64,000 nucleotides of DNA, taken from Candidatus Methanosuratincola verstraetei (GTDB taxonomy: Archaea > Thermoproteota > Methanomethylicia > Methanomethylicales > Methanomethylicaceae). The DNA lies in assembly GCA_049570475.1 (NCBI GenBank), contig CP186953.1, positions 128,001 to 192,000 of the forward strand, read 5' to 3'. Below the pieces are notes generated by a model. That model was not told the origin of the DNA. It did no database searches and was given only the letters and a program-made list of their open reading frames with translations. Position numbers and translations under genes: made by a program. Positions 49,281-57,098 of this stretch are shown piece after piece; the first letter of the stretch is position 1; each line of letters starts with the position of its first letter.

Positions 49281-50466
49281 CAGTTGGCCCCTCCTGCAAA
49301 TCGCTCTCGCCGAATAGCGGCACGATGAGGTCGCGCATAAGTATGTACGAGAAGTCGCTTATGACCTTGGTCTGTTCCTCGGAGAACCTTCCCTTCTTCA
49401 GGGCGAGCTCCAATGCTTTCCTCCGCCTCTCCTCAGCCCACCGCATTACCTCTTCAAACTTTTTCTTCTGTTCCCCAGCCTGCAGCCTATGCATTACTAG
49501 CGCTAGAGAAGGCTCGATCAATTCCTTTGCCTTTATCATCGCCTCCTCCCTGTTCTTCATATTCTCCCTTGCTATCCGTATGAGCTCGTCCAAGTCTATC
49601 AGCTTCGCACAGCCCAAATCCCTTATTCGCTCGTCCACGCCCCGAGGGTTCGAAACATCGATGATCAGGATCCGCTTTCTCGAGTCGAGCTGATCTAGAT
49701 CACTTGGCCGAAGCACAAGATGAGGAGAGGAAGTGGCGCACACAACAGCGTCTGCCCCTGCAATTGTCTCCCTGAGGCTCTCAAAACGGACTGCCCTCCC
49801 GCCGACCGAGACCGCCAGCTTCTCTGCGCGCGAGTATGTCCGGTTTGCTATGAACACGGTGATCGGGCCCTTTCGCGGCAGGGACTTCGCTATGAGGCAA
49901 CCGATCTTGCCAGCGCCTATTATGACGATCTTCTTGCCCTCCAATGTGCCGAGCTCCAAAAGTATAGCCTTCAAGACTACGTTGCCCAAAGACACCGAGC
50001 CTTTTGAGATCGATGTCTTGCGCCTCACCATCCTACCAGCGTTGATAGCCCCCCTGAATATGATCCCTAGGACCTTTCCAGCGCATCCTGAGCCACTGGC
50101 TAGCCTGAATGCCTCTTCCACTTGGTGCAGCACCTCGTTCTCCCCAAGAATCACGGACTCGAGGCCGGAAGCCAGGTAAAAGAGATGCCTTACCGCCTCC
50201 TCGCCTTCGTAAAACTCCTCATAAATGTCAATTGGACAGCAGCTGCCCGAGTTGGAGACCAGAAACTCCTTGAGCTCGCTGTGCCCTATGCAGGAGCCCA
50301 CAGAATAGATCTCAACCCTGTGGCAGGTCTGGATCACTGCGCATTCCTCTGCCCCAAGCTCCTTAAGGCGCGCAAGGAAAGAGACGATATCTTTTATGGC
50401 GAAACTCTCAAGTACTCGGACTGGGGCCTTTTTGTGGCTGATCGATAGGCACAGTATCTGCGGCAT
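49270..50466 (-). CDS. hemA: Glutamyl-tRNA reductase
   Basis: QTCHRVEIY, SGLESVILGENEVLHQV, IGAGKIG, ANRT, DVSNPRGVD. Confidence 0.93.
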   Translation of the reverse strand: MPQILCLSISHKKAPVRVLESFAIKDIVSFLARLKELGAEECAVIQTCHRVEIYSVGSCIGHSELKEFLVSNSGSCCPIDIYEEFYEGEEAVRHLFYLASGLESVILGENEVLHQVEEAFRLASGSGCAGKVLGIIFRGAINAGRMVRRKTSISKGSVSLGNVVLKAILLELGTLEGKKIVIIGAGKIGCLIAKSLPRKGPITVFIANRTYSRAEKLAVSVGGRAVRFESLRETIAGADAVVCATSSPHLVLRPSDLDQLDSRKRILIIDVSNPRGVDERIRDLGCAKLIDLDELIRIARENMKNREEAMIKAKELIEPSLALVMHRLQAGEQKKKFEEVMRWAEERRRKALELALKKGRFSEEQTKVISDFSYILMRDLIVPLFGESDLQEGPTGGC

Positions 50467-50498
50467 CGATTTTCCCTGAAGGTTGTTTTAATATATTC

Positions 50499-50518
50499 AT
50501 TTTGTTTCATATGAAACA
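50499..50518. promoter_or_regulatory. Palindromic site, copy 2, upstream of the hemA-cfb operon
   Basis: ATTTTGTTTCATATGAAACA, containing the perfect 16-bp palindrome TGTTTCATATGAAACA (50503-50518) upstream of minus-strand AATATATTAAAA. Confidence 0.72.
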
Positions 50519-50672
50519 GAAAACCATGTTTCTGCGGTGTTTGGGGCGCAACACTGCGCCGCTGCGGGAGGGGCGGCTGGGCAAATGGCTACCCGATTTT
50601 ATTTATATAAACATTTAAAAAAAACTTAAAAAGGCGCAATCAAATATACGCATACATTGATAAGGGGTATCC

Positions 50673-52136
50673 ATGCTCAAGGAAAAGTGCGGCGTCTTCA
50701 GTGTCGTGAGCACAGGCAGCAGCGAGGCTTTTGTTCCCCTCTACTGGGGGCTTGTCGCCCAGAACCACAGGGGGCACGAGTCCTACGGGTTCCTAACGTA
50801 CTCGGAAGGGCTCAAGAGGTACGTGGACCTAGGGCTTGTCCCCAGGATCGAGAGGGAGGAGATCCTTAGGTGGCAGATGCTGCTCCCTGGGAAGCGGGGG
50901 ATTGCCCATGTCAGGTACGGGACCTCCGGCAAGAGGGATGTCTACTCGCACCTCAAAGACGCACAGCCCATGGTGGTCTCGCAAGGGCGGTCCAAGATGG
51001 GCATCGCATTCAACGGCAACCTTGTCAACATTGGCTGGCTGAGGGGGATTTTGGCAGGCAAGATTCCGAAGATGAGGGCAACGTCGGACACGGAGCTGCT
51101 GTGCCGCTACCTTGCAACGAAGGCAAACGGCGGGATGATTGAGGCAATAGGCGCATGCATGGAGGAAATCGAGGGGGCATACTCCGTCGTGGGCCTAAGA
51201 TCCAACGGGGAGCTGTTCGCGTTCAGGGACCCGCTCGGGATCAGACCGCTATGCATCGGCAGGAGCGGGGACGGGAGCGTCACTGCGGTCTCCTCCGAGA
51301 CGGTCGGGCTGGACATCAACTCTTTCAGCCTAGAGGGGGAGGTCGAGCCCGGTGAGGCCATAGTCTTCAACGGGGACGGTATGGAAAGGAGAAGGATTGC
51401 AAAGTGCCCCAGGCGCGCGCTCTGCGGCTTTGAGCTCTCCTACTTCAGCAGGCCCGACTCGATAATCGGCGGCAGGCCCGTCTACAAGACGAGGGAGGAG
51501 TTCGGCAGGAACCTCGGGAGGAGGTACCAGGAGTACGTGAGGAGGGCAGACGTTATAGTCAGCATCCCGGAAACAGCAGAGGACGCTGCTTACGGGCTCC
51601 ACGAGGAGACCGGGATCAGGTGGGAGAGGACGCTGAGGAGGCACAGGTTCGTCACCCACAGGGCGTTCATACTCGAGTCGGAGGACAGGAGGGTCACGAT
51701 AGACAGGAAGATAAACGTCGCCGACGGCGGGCTCAGGGGCAAGAAGGTGATCGTAGTGGAGGACAGCATAGTCAGGGGCGACACTACCAAGACGATCATC
51801 AGCAAGCTCAGGGAGAGAGGCGCTGAGGAGGTCTATATGTTCGTAACCTTCCCGAGGATCACTCACCCATGCTTCTACGGGATCGACATGGCCACATTCA
51901 ACGAGCTGATAGGATTCAGGCACGACGAGGCGGAAATAGCCAGGCAGATAGGGGCAGACGCGGTCTGCTACCAGCCGCTTGAAGACTTTGTGAGGGCGAC
52001 GGGGATGAGAGGCGAAGACCTGTGCATGGCCTGCGTGACCGGGAAGTACCCGACTGAGCTCGCCCAGAAGATAGCCGACGGAGTGAAGTCAAGGGTAAAT
52101 CAGGATGGCAGAAGGGTTTACGAGCTTGAGGCATGA
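50673..52136 (+). CDS. purF: Amidophosphoribosyltransferase, copy with the catalytic Cys
   Basis: Propeptide MLKEK-CGVF, HRG, HVRYGT, NGNLVN, SDTE, VEDSIVRGDT, and four Fe-S Cys. Confidence 0.9.
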   Translation: MLKEKCGVFSVVSTGSSEAFVPLYWGLVAQNHRGHESYGFLTYSEGLKRYVDLGLVPRIEREEILRWQMLLPGKRGIAHVRYGTSGKRDVYSHLKDAQPMVVSQGRSKMGIAFNGNLVNIGWLRGILAGKIPKMRATSDTELLCRYLATKANGGMIEAIGACMEEIEGAYSVVGLRSNGELFAFRDPLGIRPLCIGRSGDGSVTAVSSETVGLDINSFSLEGEVEPGEAIVFNGDGMERRRIAKCPRRALCGFELSYFSRPDSIIGGRPVYKTREEFGRNLGRRYQEYVRRADVIVSIPETAEDAAYGLHEETGIRWERTLRRHRFVTHRAFILESEDRRVTIDRKINVADGGLRGKKVIVVEDSIVRGDTTKTIISKLRERGAEEVYMFVTFPRITHPCFYGIDMATFNELIGFRHDEAEIARQIGADAVCYQPLEDFVRATGMRGEDLCMACVTGKYPTELAQKIADGVKSRVNQDGRRVYELEA

Positions 52137-52149
52137 TGGAGGAATATGA

Positions 52150-53463
52150 ATGGCAGGAATAATCGGGATATACCTGTTCGACAGGAGATGGAACGCATAC
52201 AACTTCGGGATCTTCGGCCTGATGGCACTTCAGCACAGGGGCCAAGAGACCGCAGGGATGGAGATCTTCAACGAGAGCCGGCAGAAGATCACGGGCAAGG
52301 GGCTGGTGGAGCAGGCTTTTGCCTCAGTGAGCGGCAAGGGGAACATCCTCATAGGCGGGGTCTCCCCGTACCCTGCAGAGGAGGCGGAGCCCCTACCGGT
52401 TACCGTTTCCAACAAGGTTTCCGCAAGCATCGACGGGAAAGTCACAGCCATTGAGGGCTACAAGTGGGACGCCCAGCTCGCATACGAGGCAAACCTCAGG
52501 AGGGCATACGAAGAGCTCGAGGGGGGATCAGAGGATCTCGAGGCGATCAGAGACTACTTCAGCAGGTGCAAGGGCGGCTTCTCCTACATAGCAGCCAACG
52601 GGAAGGGCGAAGTGATCGCAGGCAGGGGGAGCTTGGGCGTAAAGCCCCTCGTCCTTGGGAAGATGGGATTCGACGGCGGGATCGTTGCGTCCGAGAGCTG
52701 CGTCATGGACATCATCGGTGAGAGGGTCCCCATAAGCCCAGCCGAGAACATTGATCCGGGGGATGCCATGGTATTCACGCCGATGTCGGCGCGGACCGAG
52801 AGGGTCCAGAGCTCCCCCAAGAAGGCCTACTGCATATTCGAGTACGTGTACCTGGCGAGGCCAGACTCTTACATAAACGATGTCCCCGTATACAGGGTGA
52901 GGCGCGAGATAGGCAGGAGGCTTGCCCAGGAGGGGTGCGCAGACGCTGACGTGGTGATAGGCGTCCCAGAGACCGCGATACCTTTCGCGATGTCATACTC
53001 GAATGAGACAGGAATACCGGTGGAGAAGGGGTTCGAGCTCACAGGGAGAAGGGTCAGGAGCGCGATGAAGCCTAACCAAGTCGAGAGGCTCAAGGGCGTC
53101 CAGCTCAAGCTGAATGTCATAAGCGAGGCAGTGAGGGGTAAGAGGGTCGTCCTGATCGACGACAGCGTAGTGAGGGGAAATACTCTGGCGAACATAGTCT
53201 ACCTGATGAAGGAGAAGGGCGCAAAGGAGATCCACGTCAGGATAGGGAGCCCCCACATCGTGTCGCATTGCCCGTTCGGGGTCGAGGTCCCCGGTGAGGA
53301 CGAGCTGATAGGGAGGCACCTCAAGGAGGACAAGATCGCAGAGGTAATAGGTGCAGACTCTTTCAAGTACCTAAGCCTAGACGGCCTTGTCGAGGCCACA
53401 GGCCTGAAGTGCAGCGAGTTCTGCACAGGATGCTTCAACGGCGCCTACCCGGAGGTGGAGTGA
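52150..53463 (+). CDS. purF: PurF paralog lacking the glutaminase nucleophile
   Basis: Begins MAGIIG (Ala for Cys1), LQHRGQE, CIFEYVYLARPDS, IDDSVVRGNT, CTGCFNG. HxRY and NGN motifs are absent. Confidence 0.8.
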   Translation: MAGIIGIYLFDRRWNAYNFGIFGLMALQHRGQETAGMEIFNESRQKITGKGLVEQAFASVSGKGNILIGGVSPYPAEEAEPLPVTVSNKVSASIDGKVTAIEGYKWDAQLAYEANLRRAYEELEGGSEDLEAIRDYFSRCKGGFSYIAANGKGEVIAGRGSLGVKPLVLGKMGFDGGIVASESCVMDIIGERVPISPAENIDPGDAMVFTPMSARTERVQSSPKKAYCIFEYVYLARPDSYINDVPVYRVRREIGRRLAQEGCADADVVIGVPETAIPFAMSYSNETGIPVEKGFELTGRRVRSAMKPNQVERLKGVQLKLNVISEAVRGKRVVLIDDSVVRGNTLANIVYLMKEKGAKEIHVRIGSPHIVSHCPFGVEVPGEDELIGRHLKEDKIAEVIGADSFKYLSLDGLVEATGLKCSEFCTGCFNGAYPEVE

Positions 53464-54948
53464 ATGAAGATACTTCTTGTCGGCGGAGGTGGCAGGGAGC
53501 ACGCGATCGCCGAGTCGCTCGCGAAGAGCGCGCACTGCCCGAAGTTATACTGCATCTCGGAGCTGATCAACCCGGGAATCAGGAAGATCGTCTCATCTGG
53601 AGGGGGAGAGTACTTCAGGGGCGACACAAACGACCCGTCCGCAGTGGTGGGCGCGGCCCTCAGGTGCAGCCCAGACTTCGTCTTCGTGGGCCCAGAGGAG
53701 CCGAACTTCCACGGTATCCCGGACGAGCTGGAGGCCAAGGGCATACCCTGCATAGGGGCAAGCAAGGAGGTTGCGGAGCTCGAGCTCTCCAAGGCGAGCA
53801 TGCGCGACCTGCAGTGGAAGTACAAGATCCCAGGCAGGCTATGGTACAAGAAGTTCAAGACCTTTGAGGAGGCTGTCCCGTACATTGAGGAGTACGCGGA
53901 GAGCATCGCCCTGAAGCCCGCCAGGCAGGCAGGCGGGAAGGGCGTCAAGGTCATAGAGGACTTCCAAGTGTACCTCCAGGACGACAAAAGGAAAGTCAAG
54001 AAGGAGCACGCAGAATCCATCGTCAACGAGTACATGAAGGGGTACGACGACATTGAGTACAAGCTCCTGATCGAGGAGAGGGTTTGGGGCCCCGAGTACA
54101 CCGTGCAGTGCTTCACTGACGGCAGGACTGTCGTGCCGATGCCTGCGGTGCAGGACAACAAGCACGCGTTCGACGGGGACCTTGGCCCCGAGACGGGCGG
54201 GATGGGTTCGATCTCATGCTGTATGAACCTGAGGTACGGCGTCGAGGACGAGAGGGCGGTGATCACCGAGGAAGAGTACAGGCGCTCTGCCGAGATAGTC
54301 AAGATGATGATCGACGCGATACAGAAGGAGACCGGGAAGAAGTACCACGGTATCTCGGCCGGGCAGATGATGCTGACTTCGGTCTGGGGGCCGACCGTGA
54401 TAGAGATGTACTCAAGGCTCGGCGACCCCGAGGCCGCGAATGTCCTCACAATGCTCAAGACCGACCTCGTTGACATCTGCGAGGCAATAATCTGCGAGGA
54501 CCTGAACAAGGTGAAGGTCGATTTCGAGGATCAGGCCGTGGCAGTCAAGGCAGTCTGCCCGGAGGGCTACCCAGACCGGAGGGACCTCGCGAAGGGGCAC
54601 CCGGTCTCGCTCACAGCGCCGACCAATGCGGGGAGGGTCCTCTGGGCCTCCGCAGAGGATACTGGCAACGGCGTGATGACCGGAGGGTCAAGGGTCGTCG
54701 AGTGCATAGGGACTGGGGACACCCTCCCTGAGGCCAGCGCAAAGGCAGAGGAGCTCTGCAGGGGCGTTAGGCTCGCCGACGGGTGGAAGCTTTTCCACCG
54801 GAGCGACATCGGGACTGAGAAGTCAGTACTGAGGAGGATCCAGCTCGGGAGCATGGCAAGGGAGATTTACCAGTACAGGGAGAGGAGGGGGCTCCTCGGG
54901 AAGAGGATGATCTGGATACCCGGGAAGGGATTGATGGAAGTAGGGTGA
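53464..54948 (+). CDS. purD: Phosphoribosylamine-glycine ligase
   Basis: GGGGREHA, NPG, VGPE, GGKGV, QDNKH, GPETGGMG, RLGDPEA, HRSDIG, with a C-terminal extension. Confidence 0.93.
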   Translation: MKILLVGGGGREHAIAESLAKSAHCPKLYCISELINPGIRKIVSSGGGEYFRGDTNDPSAVVGAALRCSPDFVFVGPEEPNFHGIPDELEAKGIPCIGASKEVAELELSKASMRDLQWKYKIPGRLWYKKFKTFEEAVPYIEEYAESIALKPARQAGGKGVKVIEDFQVYLQDDKRKVKKEHAESIVNEYMKGYDDIEYKLLIEERVWGPEYTVQCFTDGRTVVPMPAVQDNKHAFDGDLGPETGGMGSISCCMNLRYGVEDERAVITEEEYRRSAEIVKMMIDAIQKETGKKYHGISAGQMMLTSVWGPTVIEMYSRLGDPEAANVLTMLKTDLVDICEAIICEDLNKVKVDFEDQAVAVKAVCPEGYPDRRDLAKGHPVSLTAPTNAGRVLWASAEDTGNGVMTGGSRVVECIGTGDTLPEASAKAEELCRGVRLADGWKLFHRSDIGTEKSVLRRIQLGSMAREIYQYRERRGLLGKRMIWIPGKGLMEVG

Positions 54949-54979
54949 TCAGGCAATAATCGATTGCGAGGTGGGAGAG

Positions 54980-56350
54980 ATGGTCTTCAGAATGAGTGAA
55001 AAGGAAAGGGTAAGGCTCATAAAAGAGATAGACTCGCTCAGGAAGGAAATTGAGGGGAGGCTCGTCCCGCTCGAGAAAATCTCGCCACTATCCCCAGCGA
55101 CTTTTGTATCCGTGGGCGGGGGGGAGCTCGGGGACCTGGCTGTCACAGCGGCAGGGAGGCACTTCGGGGGGGCTAGGGGAGGTATAATAACGGTTGCCTT
55201 CGACAAGTACCACGGGTTCCCTGCCCAAGATGCCGCAGACTATACCGAGGTCTTCGACATGATGGACGGGGAACAGCTCGAGAAGATGATCAGGAAGTAC
55301 ATCCCGGACCCGCGGTCGCCCCATGCGATCTATTTGGAGGTCGAGCGGATCAACACGCAGAGGGCATACAAGCTCGGAATGGAGGAGGGGTACAGGGTCA
55401 TGTCAACGCCCTACGGTCCGCTCGTATGCATGGACAGGCACGCAACGAAGCTCATGTTCGAGAAGCTTGGGCTCAGGATGGCGCCATGGGCGTATGCCGA
55501 CTCGGAGGCAGGTGTCAAGGAGGCTGCCGAGAGATTCGGGCTGCCAGTGATAGTCAAGCCGGTTATGACCTCGAGCGGTCACGGCACCTCGATAGTGAAG
55601 ACGGAGGAGGGGCTGGAGGAGAGCTACAGGCACTCTGTCGAGCACGCACGGGGAGTGGGGGACGAGGTTATCGTCGAGAAGTACCTCCCGGAGGTCAAGG
55701 AAAAGGGGACGGAGATCACTCAGATCGTTGTGCGGCACTTCAACACAGAAGGGAAGATAGTGAGCACCTGCCTTCCACCCATAGAGCACAGGAGGCCGGG
55801 AGCGACCTACCACGAGAGCTGGCTCCCGTCGACGATCTCCGCTGAGGCGGCTTCGAAGTGCAGGGAGGGGGCACTGAAGATCGCTGACTTCATGGGCGGG
55901 ATCGGCCTCTACGCCGTGGAGCAGTTCGTCGTCGGCGACGATGTCTACAACAACGAGGTCGCGAACCGCCCGCACGACACAGGACTTGTCACCAGGTGGA
56001 TGCTCAACATGGACGAGGGCGCGCTCCAGCTGATCTCCACGCTTGGGATCCCGGTCGACCCATCTATGGTCGAGCTCTCGCGCCACGGAGTATTCGGGGT
56101 TGCGCATGTAGTCCTGGCCCCTGAGGGCGTAAAGGAGGGTGCCACGGTCCAGGAGTTCAACCTGAAGGGCCTGCACGAAGGGCTCCAGGGAGGGGTGAAG
56201 GGCGACCTCTGGATCTTCGGGAAGCCCACGGCGTACCCAGGCAGGAGGATGGGGCTGGCGTTCTCTTATGCAGCTAGCCTCGATCAGGCAAGGGAGGGCG
56301 CAGAGAAGATAGCCCATATGGCAGAGACGAAGTTCGTTTACAAGGATTGA
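54980..56350 (+). CDS. purT: Formate-dependent GAR transformylase
   Basis: GGGELG, EVERI, MDR, KPVMTSSGHGTS, NEVANRPHDTGLVT, FGKP...RRMG. Start uncertain (54971/54980/54992). Confidence 0.9.
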   Translation: MVFRMSEKERVRLIKEIDSLRKEIEGRLVPLEKISPLSPATFVSVGGGELGDLAVTAAGRHFGGARGGIITVAFDKYHGFPAQDAADYTEVFDMMDGEQLEKMIRKYIPDPRSPHAIYLEVERINTQRAYKLGMEEGYRVMSTPYGPLVCMDRHATKLMFEKLGLRMAPWAYADSEAGVKEAAERFGLPVIVKPVMTSSGHGTSIVKTEEGLEESYRHSVEHARGVGDEVIVEKYLPEVKEKGTEITQIVVRHFNTEGKIVSTCLPPIEHRRPGATYHESWLPSTISAEAASKCREGALKIADFMGGIGLYAVEQFVVGDDVYNNEVANRPHDTGLVTRWMLNMDEGALQLISTLGIPVDPSMVELSRHGVFGVAHVVLAPEGVKEGATVQEFNLKGLHEGLQGGVKGDLWIFGKPTAYPGRRMGLAFSYAASLDQAREGAEKIAHMAETKFVYKD

Positions 56351-56403
56351 AGAGTGGATGAGGGCATAGGAAAAGAAAAAGAGGGGATTGGAGGGAAAAA
56401 TCC

Positions 56404-56838
56404 GTGCCAAAGGCATCTGTAATTGTTGGCTCAAAGTCAGATGAAGAGATAGGATCTAAGGTCAAGGAGGCGCTGGGCGAATTCGGCGTGGAGGCAGACT
56501 TCCAAGTCATCTCCGCACACCGGGACCCAGAGAGGCTGGACGCGTACATCAAGGGGTCAGACTCGGAAGTGTTCATCGCAGTAGCCGGGCTAGCTGCAGC
56601 GCTGCCTGGAGTGATCGCATCGAAGACAACGAGGCCTGTTATAGGGGTTCCCAGAGATGTGAGGCTCGGGGGGCTCGATGCGCTGCTATCGATAGTCCAG
56701 ATGCCGCCCGGGGTGCCTGTCGCGACGGTCGGGGTCGACAACTGGAAGAACGCCGCGCTCCTCGCAGTGGAGATACTTGCGCTCAAGCACCCTGAGCTCA
56801 GCGAAAAGCTGGAGATGGCGAGGAGGGCCAGAACTTGA
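56404..56838 (+). CDS. purE: AIR carboxylase / N5-CAIR mutase
   Basis: VGSKSD, ISAHR, AGLAAALPGV, PVIGVP, LLSIVQMPPGVPVATVG. Confidence 0.93.
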   Translation: MPKASVIVGSKSDEEIGSKVKEALGEFGVEADFQVISAHRDPERLDAYIKGSDSEVFIAVAGLAAALPGVIASKTTRPVIGVPRDVRLGGLDALLSIVQMPPGVPVATVGVDNWKNAALLAVEILALKHPELSEKLEMARRART

Positions 56839-57098
56839 GGTTCCTGGTCAAGGCAGAGGTAAGCCTCAAGCGGGGGCACTTCGACCCGGAGGGCGACGTG
56901 GCTTCAAAGTCACTTAGGGATCTGGGGTTCAGCGTTGGGACGGTGAGGGTAAGCAAGGCGTACACCATAGAGGTCGATGCGCGCGACCCAACGGAGGCAA
57001 AGGCACTAGCTGAAGAGATGTGCAGGAAGCTCTTGGCAAACCCCACTAAGGACGACTTCATGGTGGAGGTCTTGGTTATTGAGGGAAGGACTGCTTAG
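56835..57098 (+). CDS. purS: FGAM synthase subunit PurS
   Basis: LKRGHFDPEG, VRVSK, MCRKLLANP. Confidence 0.92.
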   Translation: MRFLVKAEVSLKRGHFDPEGDVASKSLRDLGFSVGTVRVSKAYTIEVDARDPTEAKALAEEMCRKLLANPTKDDFMVEVLVIEGRTA

